Under the pieces are notes generated by a model, which ran no database searches, had not been told where the DNA came from, and saw only the letters and a list, made by a program, of their open reading frames with translations. This document shows positions 50,909 through 64,000 of a stretch of DNA of 64,000 nt, in pieces. Each line of letters begins with the position of its first letter. Within the stretch, counting starts at the first letter, position 1. The stretch lies in the NCBI RefSeq assembly GCF_004010195.1, contig NC_057717.1, forward strand, positions 34,749,298 through 34,813,297, read 5' to 3'. A program made the position numbers and the translations under genes. Source of the DNA: Chiloscyllium plagiosum (lineage: Eukaryota).

Positions 50909-51247
50909 CCCTCTTCCGCGGTTATGTTCGGGCCTGGATGTCCTTGGAGAAGGAGCACACGGTGTCCACCAACACCCTGGAGTTGTTCAGGGAGAGGTGG
51001 GTGCCACGGGGAGTGGAGTGCATTATTTCCCCCTCCGACTCTATTTTGATTTAAACCCTGCACTCCCCTTTACTGTTTGATCACACAGCATTACCCTTTG
51101 ATGTGAAGGGCACTGCTTGTCACTGGCCAGTCGGGTGTTTTCATATCTTCCTGGGGGTGGAAATTGAACAAAGATTCGTACACTTTGTGTCTCTCACTGT
51201 GTCTCACACCTGCACACACACAAAAAAAAAGAAAAAGAGAAAAAAAA
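50909..51247 (+). mobile_element. 5'-truncated Tx1-like (L1 clade) retrotransposon with A-rich tail and 14-bp TSD
   Basis: ORF end LFRGYVRAWMSLEKEHTVSTNTLELFRERW...*; A-rich tail; GAAATGTCAGGCTT at 50895-50908 and 51248-51261. Confidence 0.75.
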
Positions 51248-51499
51248 GAAATGTCAGGCTTGCTCTGACGATGTTCGGCTTGGGCCCACATCCACATCCA
51301 CACCACAAATGGCCATCCGACAGCACTCAGGATCCACGGTCGTTGGCACACTTCCCACAATGCATCACCACTGCTGCCGCTCGACAGAACTCCAGAAGGG
51401 AAGGAAAATATATATGGGAAGGAGAGAAAAGGAAAGGAATATGGTCAGCCTGGAGCAGATGGGATGACTGTGCCTGTTCCACAATCTTGGAAAACTTGC

Positions 51500-54215
51500 T
51501 CAATCTCCCCCTCACAGTGCCGACTCCCTCTCTCTCTATCCCTCACGCTGCCCGCTACCTCTCTCTCTCTCCCTCAAAATGCTGGCTCCAACTCCCTCTC
51601 CCTCACACTGCCTGCTCCCACTCTCTTTCTTCCCAACACTGCAGGCTCCCATTCTATCTTTCCCTCACACTCCCCGCTCCCACTCTCTCCTTCACACTGC
51701 CCACTCACTCTCTCTCCCTCACACTGCTCTAACTCACTCTCTCTCCCTCACTCTGCCCGCTCCTACTCTCTCTCTCCCTCACATTGCCGGCTCCCACTCT
51801 CTCAATCCTTCACACTGCCGGCTCCAACTCTCTCTCTCCCACACACAGCCGGATCCCACTCTCTCTCCCTCACTATGCCAGCTCCCATTCTCTCTCTCCC
51901 TCACAATGCCCGGTCCCACACTCTCTGCCTCACGCTGCCAGCTCCCATCCTCACTCCCTCAACTGCCAGCTCCCACTGTCTCCCTCACACTGCCGGCTCC
52001 CACTCTCTCCCTCCCACACAATGCCCGCTCACACACTCTCTGTCACACTGCCGGATCCAACTCTCTCTCACTCACACTGCCAGCCACCACTCCCTCTCTC
52101 CCTCACTCTGCTGGCTCACACTCTCTCCCTCCCTCACACTGCCGGCTCCCTCCCTCTCCCTCACACTGCCGGATCCCATTCTCAGTCTCTCTCACACTGC
52201 CCACTTCCAACCTCTCTCCCTCACANNNNNNNNNNNNNNNNNNNNNNNNNNNNNNNNNNNNNNNNNNNNNNNNNNNNNNNNNNNNNNNNNNNNNNNNNNN
52301 NNNNNNNNNNNNNNNNNNNNNNNNNNNNNNNNNNNNNNNNNNNNNNNNNNNNNCACACTCTCTCCCTCACACTGCCGCCTCCCAATCTCTCTCTCCCTCA
52401 CACTGCCAGTCCCCATTCACTCTCCCTCACACTGCTGCCTCCCAGTCTCTCTCTCCCTCACACTGCCCGTTTCTACTCGCTCTCTCCCTTCTACTGCCGG
52501 CTCCCACTCTCTCTCACCCTTACACTGCGAGCTCCCATTCTCTCTCTCCATCTCACTGCCGCCTCGCTTTCTCTCTCGCTCCCTCACCAGCCCGTTCCCA
52601 CTCTCTCTCCCTCACATTGCTGGCTCCCACTCGCTCTCTCCCTCACACTGCCCGCCCCCAGTCTATCTCTCCCTCACACTGCCCGCTCCCACTCTCTCTT
52701 TCCCTCACACAACCGGATCCCAATCTCTCTCCCTCACACTGCCGGCTCCCACTCTCTCCCTCCCTCACATTGCCCGCTCACGACTTCTCTCCATCACACT
52801 GGTGGCTCCCACTCTCTCTCTCCCTCACACTGCCCGCCCCCAGTTTGTCTCTCCCTCACACTGCCGGATCCCACTCTCTCTCTCCCTCACACTGCCTGCT
52901 GCCATTCTCTCTCTGCCTCACACTGCCGGCTCCCTCTCACTCCCTCACTCTGCCCGCTCCTACTCTCTCTCTCTCCCTCACACTGCAGGCTCCCACTCTC
53001 TCTCTCCCTCACACTGCCGGATCCCAAACTCTATCCCTCACATTGCTCGCTCCAATCTCTCTCTCCCTCACACTGCCCACTGCCATTCTCTCTCTGCCTC
53101 ACACTGCCGGCTCCCTCTCTCTCCCTCACTCTGCCCGCTCCTACTCTCTCTATCGGCCTCACACTGCCGGCTCCCACTCTCTCAATCCTTCACACTGCCA
53201 GCTCCCACTCTCTCTCTCCCACACACAGCCGGATCCCAAACTCTCTCCCTCACACTGCCGGCTCCCACTCTCTCCCTCCGACACAATGCCCGCTCACACA
53301 CTCTCTGTCACACTGCCGGATCCAACTCTCTCTCACTCACACTGCCGGCCACCACTCCCTCTCTCCCTCACTCTGCTGGCTCACACTCTCTCTCTCCCTC
53401 ACACTGCCGGCTCCCTCTCTCTCCCTCACACTGCCGGATCCCATTCTCAGTCTCTCTCACACTGCCCACTTCCAACCTCTCTCCCTCACACTACCGGCTC
53501 TGACTCTCTTCCTCACACTTCCCGCTCCCACTCTCTCTCTCTCCCTCACACTGCCACCTCCCACATTCTCTCCCTCACATTGCTCGAACTCACTCTCTCT
53601 CCCTCACTCTACCCGCTCCCACTCTCTCTCTCTNNNNNNNNNNNNNNNNNNNNNNNNNNNNNNNNNNNNNNNNNNNNNNNNNNNNNNNNNNNNNNNNNNN
53701 NNNNNNNNNNNNNNNNNNNNNNNNNNNNNNNNNNNNNNNNNNNNNNNNNNNNNNNNNNNNNNNNNNNNNNNNNNNNNNNNNNNNNNNNNNNNNNNNNNNN
53801 NNNNNNNNNNNNNNNNNNNNNNNNNNNNNNNNNNNNNNNNNNNNNNNNNNNNNNNNNNNNNNNNNNNNNNNNNNNNNNNNNNNNNNNNNNNNNNNNNNNN
53901 NNNNNNNNNNNNNNNNNNNNNNNNNNNNNNNNNNNNNNNNNNNNNNNNNNNNNNNNNNNNNNNNNNNNNNNNNNNNNNNNNNNNNNNNNNNNNNNNNNNN
54001 NNNNNNNNNNNNNNNNNNNNNNNNNNNNNNNNNNNNNNNNNNNNNNNNNNNNNNNNNNNNNNNNNNNNNNNNNNNNNNNNNNNNNNNNNNNNNNNNNNNN
54101 NNNNNNNNNNNNNNNNNNNNNNNNNNNNNNNNNCCCACTCTCTCTCTCCCTCACACTGCCCGCTCCCTCTCTCTCCCCCTCACACTGCCGGCTCCTACTC
54201 TCTCTCACCTCTGCA
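51500..54215. repeat. CT-rich minisatellite (~30-36 bp unit CTCTCTCTCCCTCACACTGCCGGCTCCCA) containing N gaps 52226-52353 and 53634-54133
   Basis: Direct tandem periodicity; the long ORFs in the track are artefacts of this repeat. Confidence 0.95.
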
Positions 54216-54917
54216 CTACTCGGGAGTGCTTGTTTTTATTGATTTGTGCATTGATTACAGGAGTTGGGAGGTTACCTCGCTACTGTGAAGAACTTTGGTT
54301 ATGCCACCACTCGAATACTGCATTCAAATTTGTTCTCCCTGCTATGGGACGAATAATGTGAAACTTCAAACAGTTCAGAAAGGGCTTGCAAGTTTTTTGT
54401 CAGGTTTGAAGTGTTTGAACCATAGGGAGGGAATGAATAGGCTGGGGCTAGTTTCCCTGGAGCATTGGTGGCTGAGGGATAATCTTATTGAGATTTATAA
54501 AATCATGAGGGCATGAATAGGTTTAATAGCCAATATTTATTGCCCAGGGGAGAGGAGTCTAAAATTAGAGGTCATGGGTTCAAGTTTAGAGGGGTAAGAT
54601 TTAAGAGGGACCCAAGTGGCATTTTTCTTCTTGCAGAGGGTGATGTGTGAATGGAATAAGCTGCCAGATGAAGTGGTGAAAGCGGGCAGAATTACATCAA
54701 TTAAAAGGCATCTGGATGGGTATATTAATAGGAACGCTTACGAGGGACGTGGGCCAACTACTGGTGAATGGGACGAGATTAACTTCGGATATCTGATCAG
54801 AATGGATGTGTTGAACTGAAGGGTCTGTTTCCGTGCTATACATCTCTATGAAACTATGACTCTACAAAAGCTACCAAGTGCATGGAGCAGATGAACTAAG
54901 CACTGGCCCAGAAAGAG

Positions 54918-56170
54918 TTATCGAGTCATAGACATGTACAGCATGGAAACAGACCATTCAGTCCAACCCGTCCATGCCGACCAGATATCCCAACCCAATC
55001 TAGTCCCACCTGACAGCACCTGGCCCATATCCCTCCACACCCTTCGTATTCATATACCCATCCAAATGCCTCACGTATGTTGCAATTGTACCAGCCTCCA
55101 CACATCCTCTGTCAGCTCATTCCATACACGTAACACCCTCTGCGTGAAAAAGTTGCCCCTTTGGTCTCTTTTATATCTTTCCCCTCTCATCCTAAACCTA
55201 TGCCCTCTAGTTATGGACTCCCCGACCCCAGGGAAAAGATTTTGTCTATTTATCCTATCCATGCCTCTCATAATTTTGTAAACCTCTATAAGGTCACCCC
55301 TCAGCCTCCGACGCTCCAGGGAAAACAGTCCCAGCCTGTTCAACCTCTCCCTATAACTCAAATCCTCCAACTCTGGCAGCATCCTTGTAAATCTTTTCTG
55401 AACCCTTTCAAGTTTCACAACATCTTTCCGATAGGAAGGAAACCCGAATTTCACACAATATTCCAACAGTGGCCTAACCTATGTCCTCTATAGCAGCAAC
55501 ATGACCTCCCAACGTCTGTACTCAATACTCTGACCAATAAAAGAAAGCATACCAAACGCCTTCTTCACTATCCTATCTACCTGCAACTCCACTTTCAAGG
55601 AGCTATGAACCTGCACTCCAAGGTCTCTTTGTTCAGCAATCGACCCTAGGACATTACCCTTAAATGTATAAGTCCTGCTAAGATTTGCTTTTCCAAAATG
55701 TAGCACCTCGCATTTATCTGAATTAAACTCCATCTGCCACTTCTCAGCCCATTGGTCCATCTGGTCAAGATCCTGTTGTCATCTGAGGTAACCCTCTTCG
55801 CTCTCACTACACCTCCAATATTTGTGTCATCTGCAAACTTACGAACTGTACCTCTTATACTCGCATCCAAATCATTTATATAAATGTTGAAAAGTAGAGG
55901 GCCCAGTACCGATCCTTGTGGCACTCCACTGGTCACAGGCCTCCAGTCTGAAAAACAACCCTCCACCGCCACCACCCTGTCTTCTACCTTTGAGCCAGTT
56001 CTATAACTACATGGCTAGTTCTCCCTGTATTTCATAAGATCTGACCTTGCTCACCAGTCTCCCATGGGGAACATTTTCAAACGCCTTACTGAAGTCCATG
56101 TAGGTCACATCTACTGCTATGCCCTCATCAATCCTCTTTGTTACTTCTTCAAAAAAAAACTCAATCAAGG
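54918..56170 (-). mobile_element. CR1 LINE 3' part (RT)
   Basis: [42 protein letters not shown]. Confidence 0.93.
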
Positions 56171-57494
56171 GTAGATCTAATCACTGTTCAACATGTTAAG
56201 AAATGATCTGCCAACAACCACGTCTCACGGTTTTCTTTGTGCTGATGACTTGGAGTTAAATTGTCGTAGACTTGTACAGCACAGAAGCAGACCCTTTCAC
56301 TCAACCGAATCTCCCTGAACAGATTTCGTCCCTTTTGCCAGCATTTGGCCCTATCCCTCTAAATCCTACCTATTCATATACCCATCCAGATGCTTTTCAA
56401 ATGCTGTCATTGTACCAGCCTCCACCACTTCCTTTGGCAGCTCACTACATGCACGCACCAACTTCTGTACAAGAAAAGTTGCTCCTTCGGTTCCTCTTAA
56501 AATTTCCATTCTCAACTTAAATCTATGCGCTTTAGTTTTGAACTCCTCTTCCCTGGAGAAAAGACATTGGCTATTCACCCTATCCATGCCCTTCGTGATT
56601 TTACAAACCTCTGTGAGGTCACCCATCAGCCTTCGATAGCTCAAACCCTCGATCCCCAGCGACATCCTGATAAATCTTTTCTGCAATGTTTAAGTTGAAC
56701 AATATCTTTCCTATAGCAAGGAGACCAGAATCCAATGTAGCATCTCAAAACTGGCCTCACCAATGTCATGTTCAGCCACACTCCTGCACTCAATGTATTG
56801 ACCAATAAAGGCTCTTTACTTCTGCACCCTGGATCAGCTCCTTAATGAAGGTATTACAAAGGTAATGAAATCCTGCACATGGGGTCTTACATCGAATCCC
56901 TCATCAACCATATCCAGTGTATGTCAGCTCCACAACTTCTGTGTCCAAACAGAATTGTTCATCTATATTGATGTCCGACATAATCCCAGCCAACAGCCTT
57001 GCCTGTGACTCGAGCTAGAATGTCAATGATTTCCAGATTGTCCTGACCATTAACAGCAAAGTCTAATTGTTGAAAGTCAGAAATCTTTTGACCGTATCCA
57101 AAAATAAACGTGCAGATGCTTTAAATCAGAAATAAAATCAAAAATTGCTGGAAAAGCTCAGCAGCATCTGTGAAGAGAAATCACAGATAACCTTTCGTGT
57201 CCAATGATTGTTCTTCAATACTAACCCCATGTCCACTTTGATTGTCCAATAAATACAGATGCACCCAATTTTCAGACTGAAATCTATTGAAAACAAAGTG
57301 TACAAACGTGCCTGGATATTCCACCCAAAATCAAATTATTATAAAGTTCAAGCACTTTGAAAATATCTCATTCAGATACGAACTTCCTTACTAAATTATT
57401 TTCATGACAATATTTTAACTGTGTTTTCAAATATTCTTCAGTCCCGATACAAATACATTTTAAATTGCTTCCACCTCTCTCCCGTGTGAGTAAT

Positions 57495-57690
57495 CTGGCA
57501 TATGAGGGTCAGCGTCTCTGTGATGCTACGTATGTAGGCCATACCTCTGAAAGACTGACAGATTGTTCCAAACAGCATTTGTCTTCAGATCTTCACAACA
57601 AACAGGTTACTGCCTGGACCCAACCAGGTTACACTCACAAAACCTAAAACCCAGTGCCCCCCATTGGTTGTGATTGGGTAACATTTTAAA
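57495..57690 (+). mobile_element. GIY-YIG fragment of a third PLE family
   Basis: LAYEGQRLCDATYVGHTSERLTDCSKQH. Confidence 0.6.
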
Positions 57691-57779
57691 TGAATTCTAA
57701 TCCATTCCTGGGTATCGCTGGTTGGGCTGGCAATTATTGCTCATCCCTAGTGGTCGTTGAGAATGTGCTGTGGGTTTGG

Positions 57780-58170
57780 AACGTGCTGTCTACGGAGCTT
57801 CTGTGCACATTTCTACTCCTGCGGGTCAGTGGTGAAAATAACATGGATGTTTGTGAATGTCGTGGTAATCCAGTGGGGTCTTTTATCCCGGCTGGTGCCA
57901 AGCTTCTGAAATACTGTTCGAGCTGCCCCCATCCTGGCCTGTGGGGAGTATTCCATCACAATCCTGACTGGTGTATTGTAGATGGAGGACGGTCTGTGGG
58001 GGATCAGGAGGTAAGTCATTCACTGCAGTATTCCGAGCCTCTGACCTGCTCTGTTGTCACTCTATTTATATCGCTAGTACAATTCATTTTCTGGTCAATG
58101 GTTACCCCAACACGTTGAGAGTTGAGGATTCAGTAATGGTAACCCCATTGAATATAAAAGGATGATGGTT
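57780..58170 (-). mobile_element. L2/CR1-group LINE 3' fragment (distinct family)
   Basis: IYNTPVRIVMEYSP..., TITESSTLNVLG. Confidence 0.65.
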
Positions 58171-58189
58171 TGATACTCTGTTGTTGGAG

Positions 58190-59155
58190 GTTATCTGGGA
58201 TAAGGTGGGGGATGGCAAATGATGAAACTGGTGAAATCGACATTGATCCGATTTGGTTGGAGGGTCCCAAGGTGGAAGATAAGGCACTCTTCCTCCAGGC
58301 ATTGGGTGGCTCAAGTTTGGAGGCGGAAGAGACCCATGGCTTGCATATCGTTGACAGAGTGGGAGGGGGAGTTAAAGTGTTCAGCTCCAGAGTGGTGGAG
58401 TTGTTTAGTGCGTGTATCCCAGAGATGTTCTCTGCAACATTCCGCAAGTCGGCGTCCTGTATCCCTAATGTAGAGGAGACCACACCAAGAGTAATGGACA
58501 CAGTGGATGATGTGTGTGGAAGTACAGGTAAATCTCTGCCCGATTTGGAAGGATCCTCTGGGGCCTAGAACAGAGGTGAGGGGGGAGGTGTGAGTGCAGG
58601 TTTTGCACTTTTTGCAGTGGCAAGGGAAGGTGCCGGGAGAGGAGGGTTGGTTGGTAAGGGGTGTGGACCTAACAAGGGAATAGCAGAGGGAATGGTCTTT
58701 GCAGAACGTTGAAAAGGTGTGGGGAGGGAAATATATCCCTGGTAGTGGGGTCTGTTTATAGGTGGCAGAAATAGCAGAGGCTGATGTGTTGTATCCGGAG
58801 GATGGTGGAGTAGAATATGAGCAGCAGAGAGGTTCTGTCCTTGGTTTGATTGGAGAGATGGGGTTCAAGAGCGGTGGTGCAGAAACTGGAGGAGATGCAC
58901 TGGAGGGTATCATCAGCCATGTGGGAGGGGAAACTGCGGTCCTTGAAGATGGAGGCCATCTGGAATGTTCGATGGTGGAATTGGTCCACCTGGGAGCAAA
59001 TGCGGCTGAGGCGGAGGAGTTGGGAATAAGAGATGGCATTTTTACAGGAGTGGGGATGGGAGGAGGTATAGTCCAGGTAGCTGTGGGAGTCTGTAGGTTT
59101 GAAATAGATGTCCATGTTGAATCTCTCTCCAGAAATGGAGATGGAGAGGCCCAGG
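58190..59155 (-). mobile_element. Penelope-like element, RT C-terminus + GIY-YIG
   Basis: DIYFKPTDSHSYLDYTSSHPHSCKNAISYSQLLRLSRICS; CKKCKTC...IIHCV..CGLLYIRDTGRRLAE. Confidence 0.9.
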
Positions 59156-59639
59156 ACTGAAGAAGGGTAAAGATCCCTTCCTAATCTGATGCCATTATTT
59201 AAGAAAGGGGATAAGGAAAAGCCAGGGAACTATAGACTGGTGAACCTCTTGTCAGTGGTGGGTGAGTTTTGAGAAAGAAATCAAGTTAAAAATGTTCTTG
59301 ATGAACGACCGATTGTTTACACACGGAGCTTGGGGAGAGGCCCGAATAGGGACGGCTCGGGAGAGGATTTTGTATCCAGACAGTGAAAGCTGAATGTTGG
59401 ATTATTTGAGGAGGAGTTTGTTTTTTCATTTGTTCAGTTAAGTGTTTGATTTCGTTTTAATATTTATGTTTTTAATTTTTCTTTGCATGTTTCATATTAA
59501 ATCTGTGGGTAAGGAAAGATAGTTTAATTTAATATTTAAGGTGCTATTAAGAGATCTTTTTTGGATGAATGTTACTGATGGCCTGTAAGGGATATTGAGT
59601 GTGATGACTCGTACATATAGTGAAGTGATTACACAGCAG

Positions 59640-62600
59640 GATCATGCAGATCGATAACTGTCTGTCAGGAAGGGTATGAAGGTGGTTTAGAAGTCTCCTG
59701 TGGCTATTCCTCTCTCAGACAGATATTCCATTTTGGATATTGTTGAATGAGAAAAGTAGAAGTAGTCATCAGACTTTGGGCGCTAACAGTGAATTTTATG
59801 TTAAATGGGTTTGTCAAGATTTAAATGAATTATTGTTTGTGGGAACTCTCCTGCGAGGGGCACAGACAGGAGATTCAGTGGTAGTGAGTGTGAATCGAGG
59901 ATAGTACGTTGCTTTTCTGGTGTCAGGGTGAAAGATGTCTTAAAATGTTTGAAGCAGATTGTCAAAGGGGAGAGTGAAATTATTGTACATATTCATAGGA
60001 TTGACATAGTCAGGGAAAGTGTAACTGGTTGGGTAGAAAGTTAAAAAAATAGAATATGAAAATTAATAATCTCTGGTTTACTTCTGGTGCCAAGTTCTAA
60101 TGAGGGAAGGAATAAAAGGACAGGGCAGACACATCAATGGTTGACGAGGTGCTGCAATGTGCAGGAAGTCACTTTCTTGGAGCATTGGGATCTCCTCTGG
60201 GACAGAAAAGACCTGTTTAAAAGGATGAGTTGCACCTGAACTAAACCAATATCCTGGTGGGGAGATATGCTCTCTCTATTTCAGGAGATTGTAAGATTTG
60301 AGAGAGGTGGGGTGGGGCTTTCTGAACAACAGTGAAAATAGAAAGAATGATGACTGATTCTAAATCAGAAAACAGCAAGTTATTGAGAAAAGACAGACAA
60401 GAACAAGTCAGAGAACAAAGGAACACTGAACACTTAAACTGCATTTATTTCAATGCAAGAGGTCTCATGGATAAGGCTGATGAACTCAGGGCCTGTAAGG
60501 GAACATGGGCTTGGGATGTCATTGCTATTACAGAAACATGGCTGAGGAATGGAAAAGACTGGCAGCTCAGTGTTCTGGGTTTTAGATAGTACAGGAAGGA
60601 CAGAAAGAGGCAAGGCAGGAGAGGACTGGCATTTTTGATTAAGAAAAATATTACTCCTGTATCGAGGAAAGATATTTCTGAGGGATCATTTTGTGAAAAT
60701 ATATGGGTTGAAATTAGAAATAAGAAAATGATAATCACCTTGATGGGATTGTACTATCAGCTCCCCAATAGTCAGAGGTCAATTGAGAAACAAATATTTA
60801 GAGAGCTATGTTCGAATAATAAGGTTGTAATAGCAGGGGATTTTAATTTTCCAAACATTGACTCAGTCTGCCATGGTATCAAATGTTTTGATGTGAATAA
60901 TTTGTTCAATTGCAAGAAAACCTTTTTTTATCAATATATAGATGTTCCTATGAGAGACGGATCAAAACTTGGCCTTCTCTTGGGAAATAAGGCAGGGCAA
61001 GTGACTGAAGTGTTAGTCAGGGAACATTTTTGGACCAGTGATCATAATGCCAGTAATTTTAAAATAGTTATATAAAAGGATACGTCTTCCCTCAAAGTTA
61101 AAGTTCTAAATTGGAGTAAGGCAAATGGGTATGAAAGGGTATGAAACAAGACCTTTCAAAAGTTGATTGGAGTAGATAACAAGAGTTCAGAAGCATTCTG
61201 TTTCCTGTTATAGTGAAAGGCAAGGCTGGTAAGATTAGGGAACAATGGATGAATAAAGATGTTGAAGTTCAAGTTGAGAATCAAAAATTATCATCAACTA
61301 GAGAGACAATTGAGATCAACAGAATGTCTTGAAGATTATAAAGAGTATAGGGGCATACTTGAGAAGGAAATGAGGAAGGCAAAGAGGGGACCGGAGATAG
61401 CCTTGGCAGGTAAGGTAAAGATAATCCAAAGAGATCCAATAAATACATTAACCGTGAGGGAGCCACTGGAGAGAATATAACACCTTAAAGACCAACGAGA
61501 TTGCCTTTGTATTGAACATCAAGAGATGGGAGAGATATTTTGAATATCTTGCATCAGTTTTTATTGGTGGGAAAGAAATGGAAGCGAGAGAAATCAGGGA
61601 AATAAATATTGATATTTTAGAAACAGTTCACAGTCCAGAAGAGGAAGTGCTGGAGATGTTAAAAAAAAAACAAAAGATAGATAAGCCTTGAAGACCTGAT
61701 CAAGTGTGTCCCAGGACATTGTGGGAAGTTAGAGAGAAAATTGTATGGCACCGAGCAGCAATATTTGTATCATCTATAAACATGGATAAAGCACTGGAGA
61801 ACTGGGGTGTGGCTAATATGTCATTGTTTAAGAAGGGATGGGAGGAGAAGCCTGGGAATTATTGACTTGCGGGTCTGATTTTGGTCGTGGGTAAGCTTTT
61901 GGAGGTGATTCTGAAAGATAGGATTTACACCGGTTGAAGAGGAAAGGATTGATTAGAGATGGTCAGTATAGTTTAGTGTGAGGAAAATCATGTCTCACAT
62001 ACTTGATTAGGTTTGTTTTTAGAAGTCACCAAAATTATTGATGAGGACATAGTGTTAGATGCTGTTTGCTTGGGCTTTAGAAAACCTTTGATAAAGTATT
62101 GCATGGTAGACAGTTTAATAAAGTTAGATCACATGGATTTCAGGGTGGACTTGCCAATTGGATATGTAATTGGCTTGGTGGTAGAAGACAGCAGGTGAAG
62201 GTGGATCATTGTTTTTCAGACTGGAGGCCTGTGACCAGTGGTGTCCCACAGGGAGCGGTACTGGCTCCACTTCTGTTTGTCATCCATACAAAGGATTTGG
62301 ATGAGAATTTAGGAGGCATGGTTAGTAAGTTTGTGGATGACATCAAAGTGGTAAATCGGACAGTGAAGAATGTGACCCAAGATTACAAAGAGACCTTGAT
62401 CAATTGGGTCAATGGGCTGAGGAGTAGCAGATGGAATTTAATTTGGATAAACATGAGACATTGCATTGTGGTAATACAAACAAGGTCAGGACTTAACAGT
62501 CGGGCCCGGGGTAGTGTGGGAGAGCAGAGAGAGACATACTTCAGGGACATACTTCCTTGAAAGTTGCATCCCAATTAGACAGGGGTAGTTAAGAAGGTGT

Positions 62601-63195
62601 TTAGCATGCTTTCCTTCATTGCTCAGGCCCTTGAGTATAGGAGTTCTGACATCATATTAAACTTGCACAGGACAGTGATGAGGTCTCTTCTGGATTAATG
62701 CGTGCAATTTTCATCGCCCTGTTATAGGAAGGATATTATTAAACTGGAGAGGGTTCAGTAAAGATTTACCAAGATGTTGCCAGGAATAGAAGGTTTTGAT
62801 ATAAAAATGGACTGTTGCATTGGATGATGAGGAGTGATCTTATGTATATTAAAAAAATCATGAGGGTATAGATAAGGGAATGACAGGGGTCTTTTCCCTC
62901 GGGTGGGGGAGTTTAAACCTGAGAGGTGTATTTTTTAAGGTGAGAGGAAAAAGAATGAAAAGGCCATGAGGGGCAGCATTTTTCGTTGTTCATGTGTGGA
63001 ATGCACTACCAGAGGAAGTGGTGGATGCAGGTACAGTTACAGTGTTTAAAATACATTTGGATAAGTTCATGGATAGGAAAGGTTTGGAGGGATATGGGCC
63101 CAGCGCAGGCAGTTGGGAATAGTTTAGCTTTGAAACATGGTCGGTGTGGCCTGGTTGGTCCAAAGGGTCTGTCTCCGTGCTGTATGACTCTATGT
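59640..63195 (+). mobile_element. Long degraded CR1 LINE (ORF1 remnant, APE, RT, 3'UTR)
   Basis: CIYFNARGLMDKADEL, AITETW, AGDFNFPNID, SGVPQGAVLAPLLF, FVDDIK; tatgactctatg tail. Confidence 0.9.
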
Positions 63196-63409
63196 CTCCA
63201 TGACATTACGGTACGCAGTCAAAAGACATGTCAGTCTCTGCACACGCTCACGTTTCCCTCCAGCCCAGGGGCTGGGTCACAGCAGGGGGAAGGCTATTGT
63301 TGATGGATGGAGATACCGAGGGACCTTTATATACAGTGGGTGTATAATGGAGGAACTACAGAGGGACAGTTCAGGGGAGATGAAGCTGCAAAGGGAGGGG
63401 CAAATGGAC

Positions 63410-63830
63410 AGAGGCCTTGGAGGGGTCAGGGGCCATGGAGGGGGACAGGGGCCATGGAGGGGAACAGGGGCCATGGAGCGGGACTGAGGCTAAATGTGCT
63501 TTGGGAGGGGGAGGGTGTCCAAAATTGAAGGGGATGGTGCTGTTTCAGGATTGAAAACAGAAATAGGGAAGAAAAGGAAAAAAAGGAAAGAGAGAGAGAA
63601 AACAAGAGAAGAAGAAACAGCAAAAGAGTGTGAATGGTGGGAAGTGGATGCAGGAGAGAAAAATGCAAATGAAGAAACTGTCAGTAACAGAGAGAGAGAG
63701 ATAGTGTGAGAGACAAAGGTTGAGAGGGAGAGAGAGATGTAGAGTGATACAGACAGCGAGTGAGAGATAGAGGCAAAGAGAGAGATAGAGAGAGGGAAAA
63801 AAGGAAACATCAGACAGATACAAACAGGTG
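63410..63830. repeat. Short 19-20 bp tandem repeat (GGGGCCATGGAGGGGGACA x3-4) followed by a GA-rich tract
   Basis: Direct inspection. Confidence 0.8.
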
Positions 63831-64000
63831 ATAAGGAAAGATATGGCAAGATTAAAGAGGTGATATTCACCTTTTCAGTTGGCCCAAGCTCTCTCCCTCT
63901 CTCCCATTTGGGACAGACTCAGCTCCAGGGGCTTGCTTGAGGAGGGATTGTTTAGGGGAGGGGTTGGGGTTAATGGATCAAAACTGGAATTGAGGTTCAA

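Noticed and set aside
51464-54288. 679-887 aa ORFs
   Set aside because: Open in all three frames because of the stop-poor CT satellite and N gaps.
63871-64000. Possible minus-strand exon ending AAG|gtgaat at the window edge
   Set aside because: Not an Ig leader, V or J by sequence, and there is too little context to call it.

Overview
Repeat-rich genomic DNA from a cartilaginous fish. HE1/V-SINEs, CR1/HER1-type LINEs and a shark-type IgM gene point to a shark, probably orectolobiform (inference). The only recognisable host gene is an immunoglobulin mu heavy-chain constant region on the minus strand: CH1 45653-45945, CH2 41909-42220, CH3 39545-39851, CH4+secretory tail 38694-39085, TM1 35363-35490, TM2 35219-35227. 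Each CH exon has a stop or frameshift, so it is a pseudogene, and I found no V, D or J segment in the 18 kb upstream. Positions ~2-14 kb hold a decayed multi-isotype tRNA cluster (Arg, 3x Glu, Thr, Asp, His, iMet, Val, Leu; all look like pseudogenes). The rest is mostly CR1 LINEs (one near full length), Penelope-like elements (PLEs) whose terminal repeats carry minimal hammerhead-ribozyme motifs, SINEs, a Tx1-like fragment and minisatellites, with two N gaps. The most unusual observation is a set of tiny (87-217 bp) hammerhead-bearing PLE-derived inserts flanked by 13-16 bp target-site duplications (TSDs), two of them fold-back palindromes. All family assignments come from recalled motifs, not database searches, and repeat boundaries are approximate.
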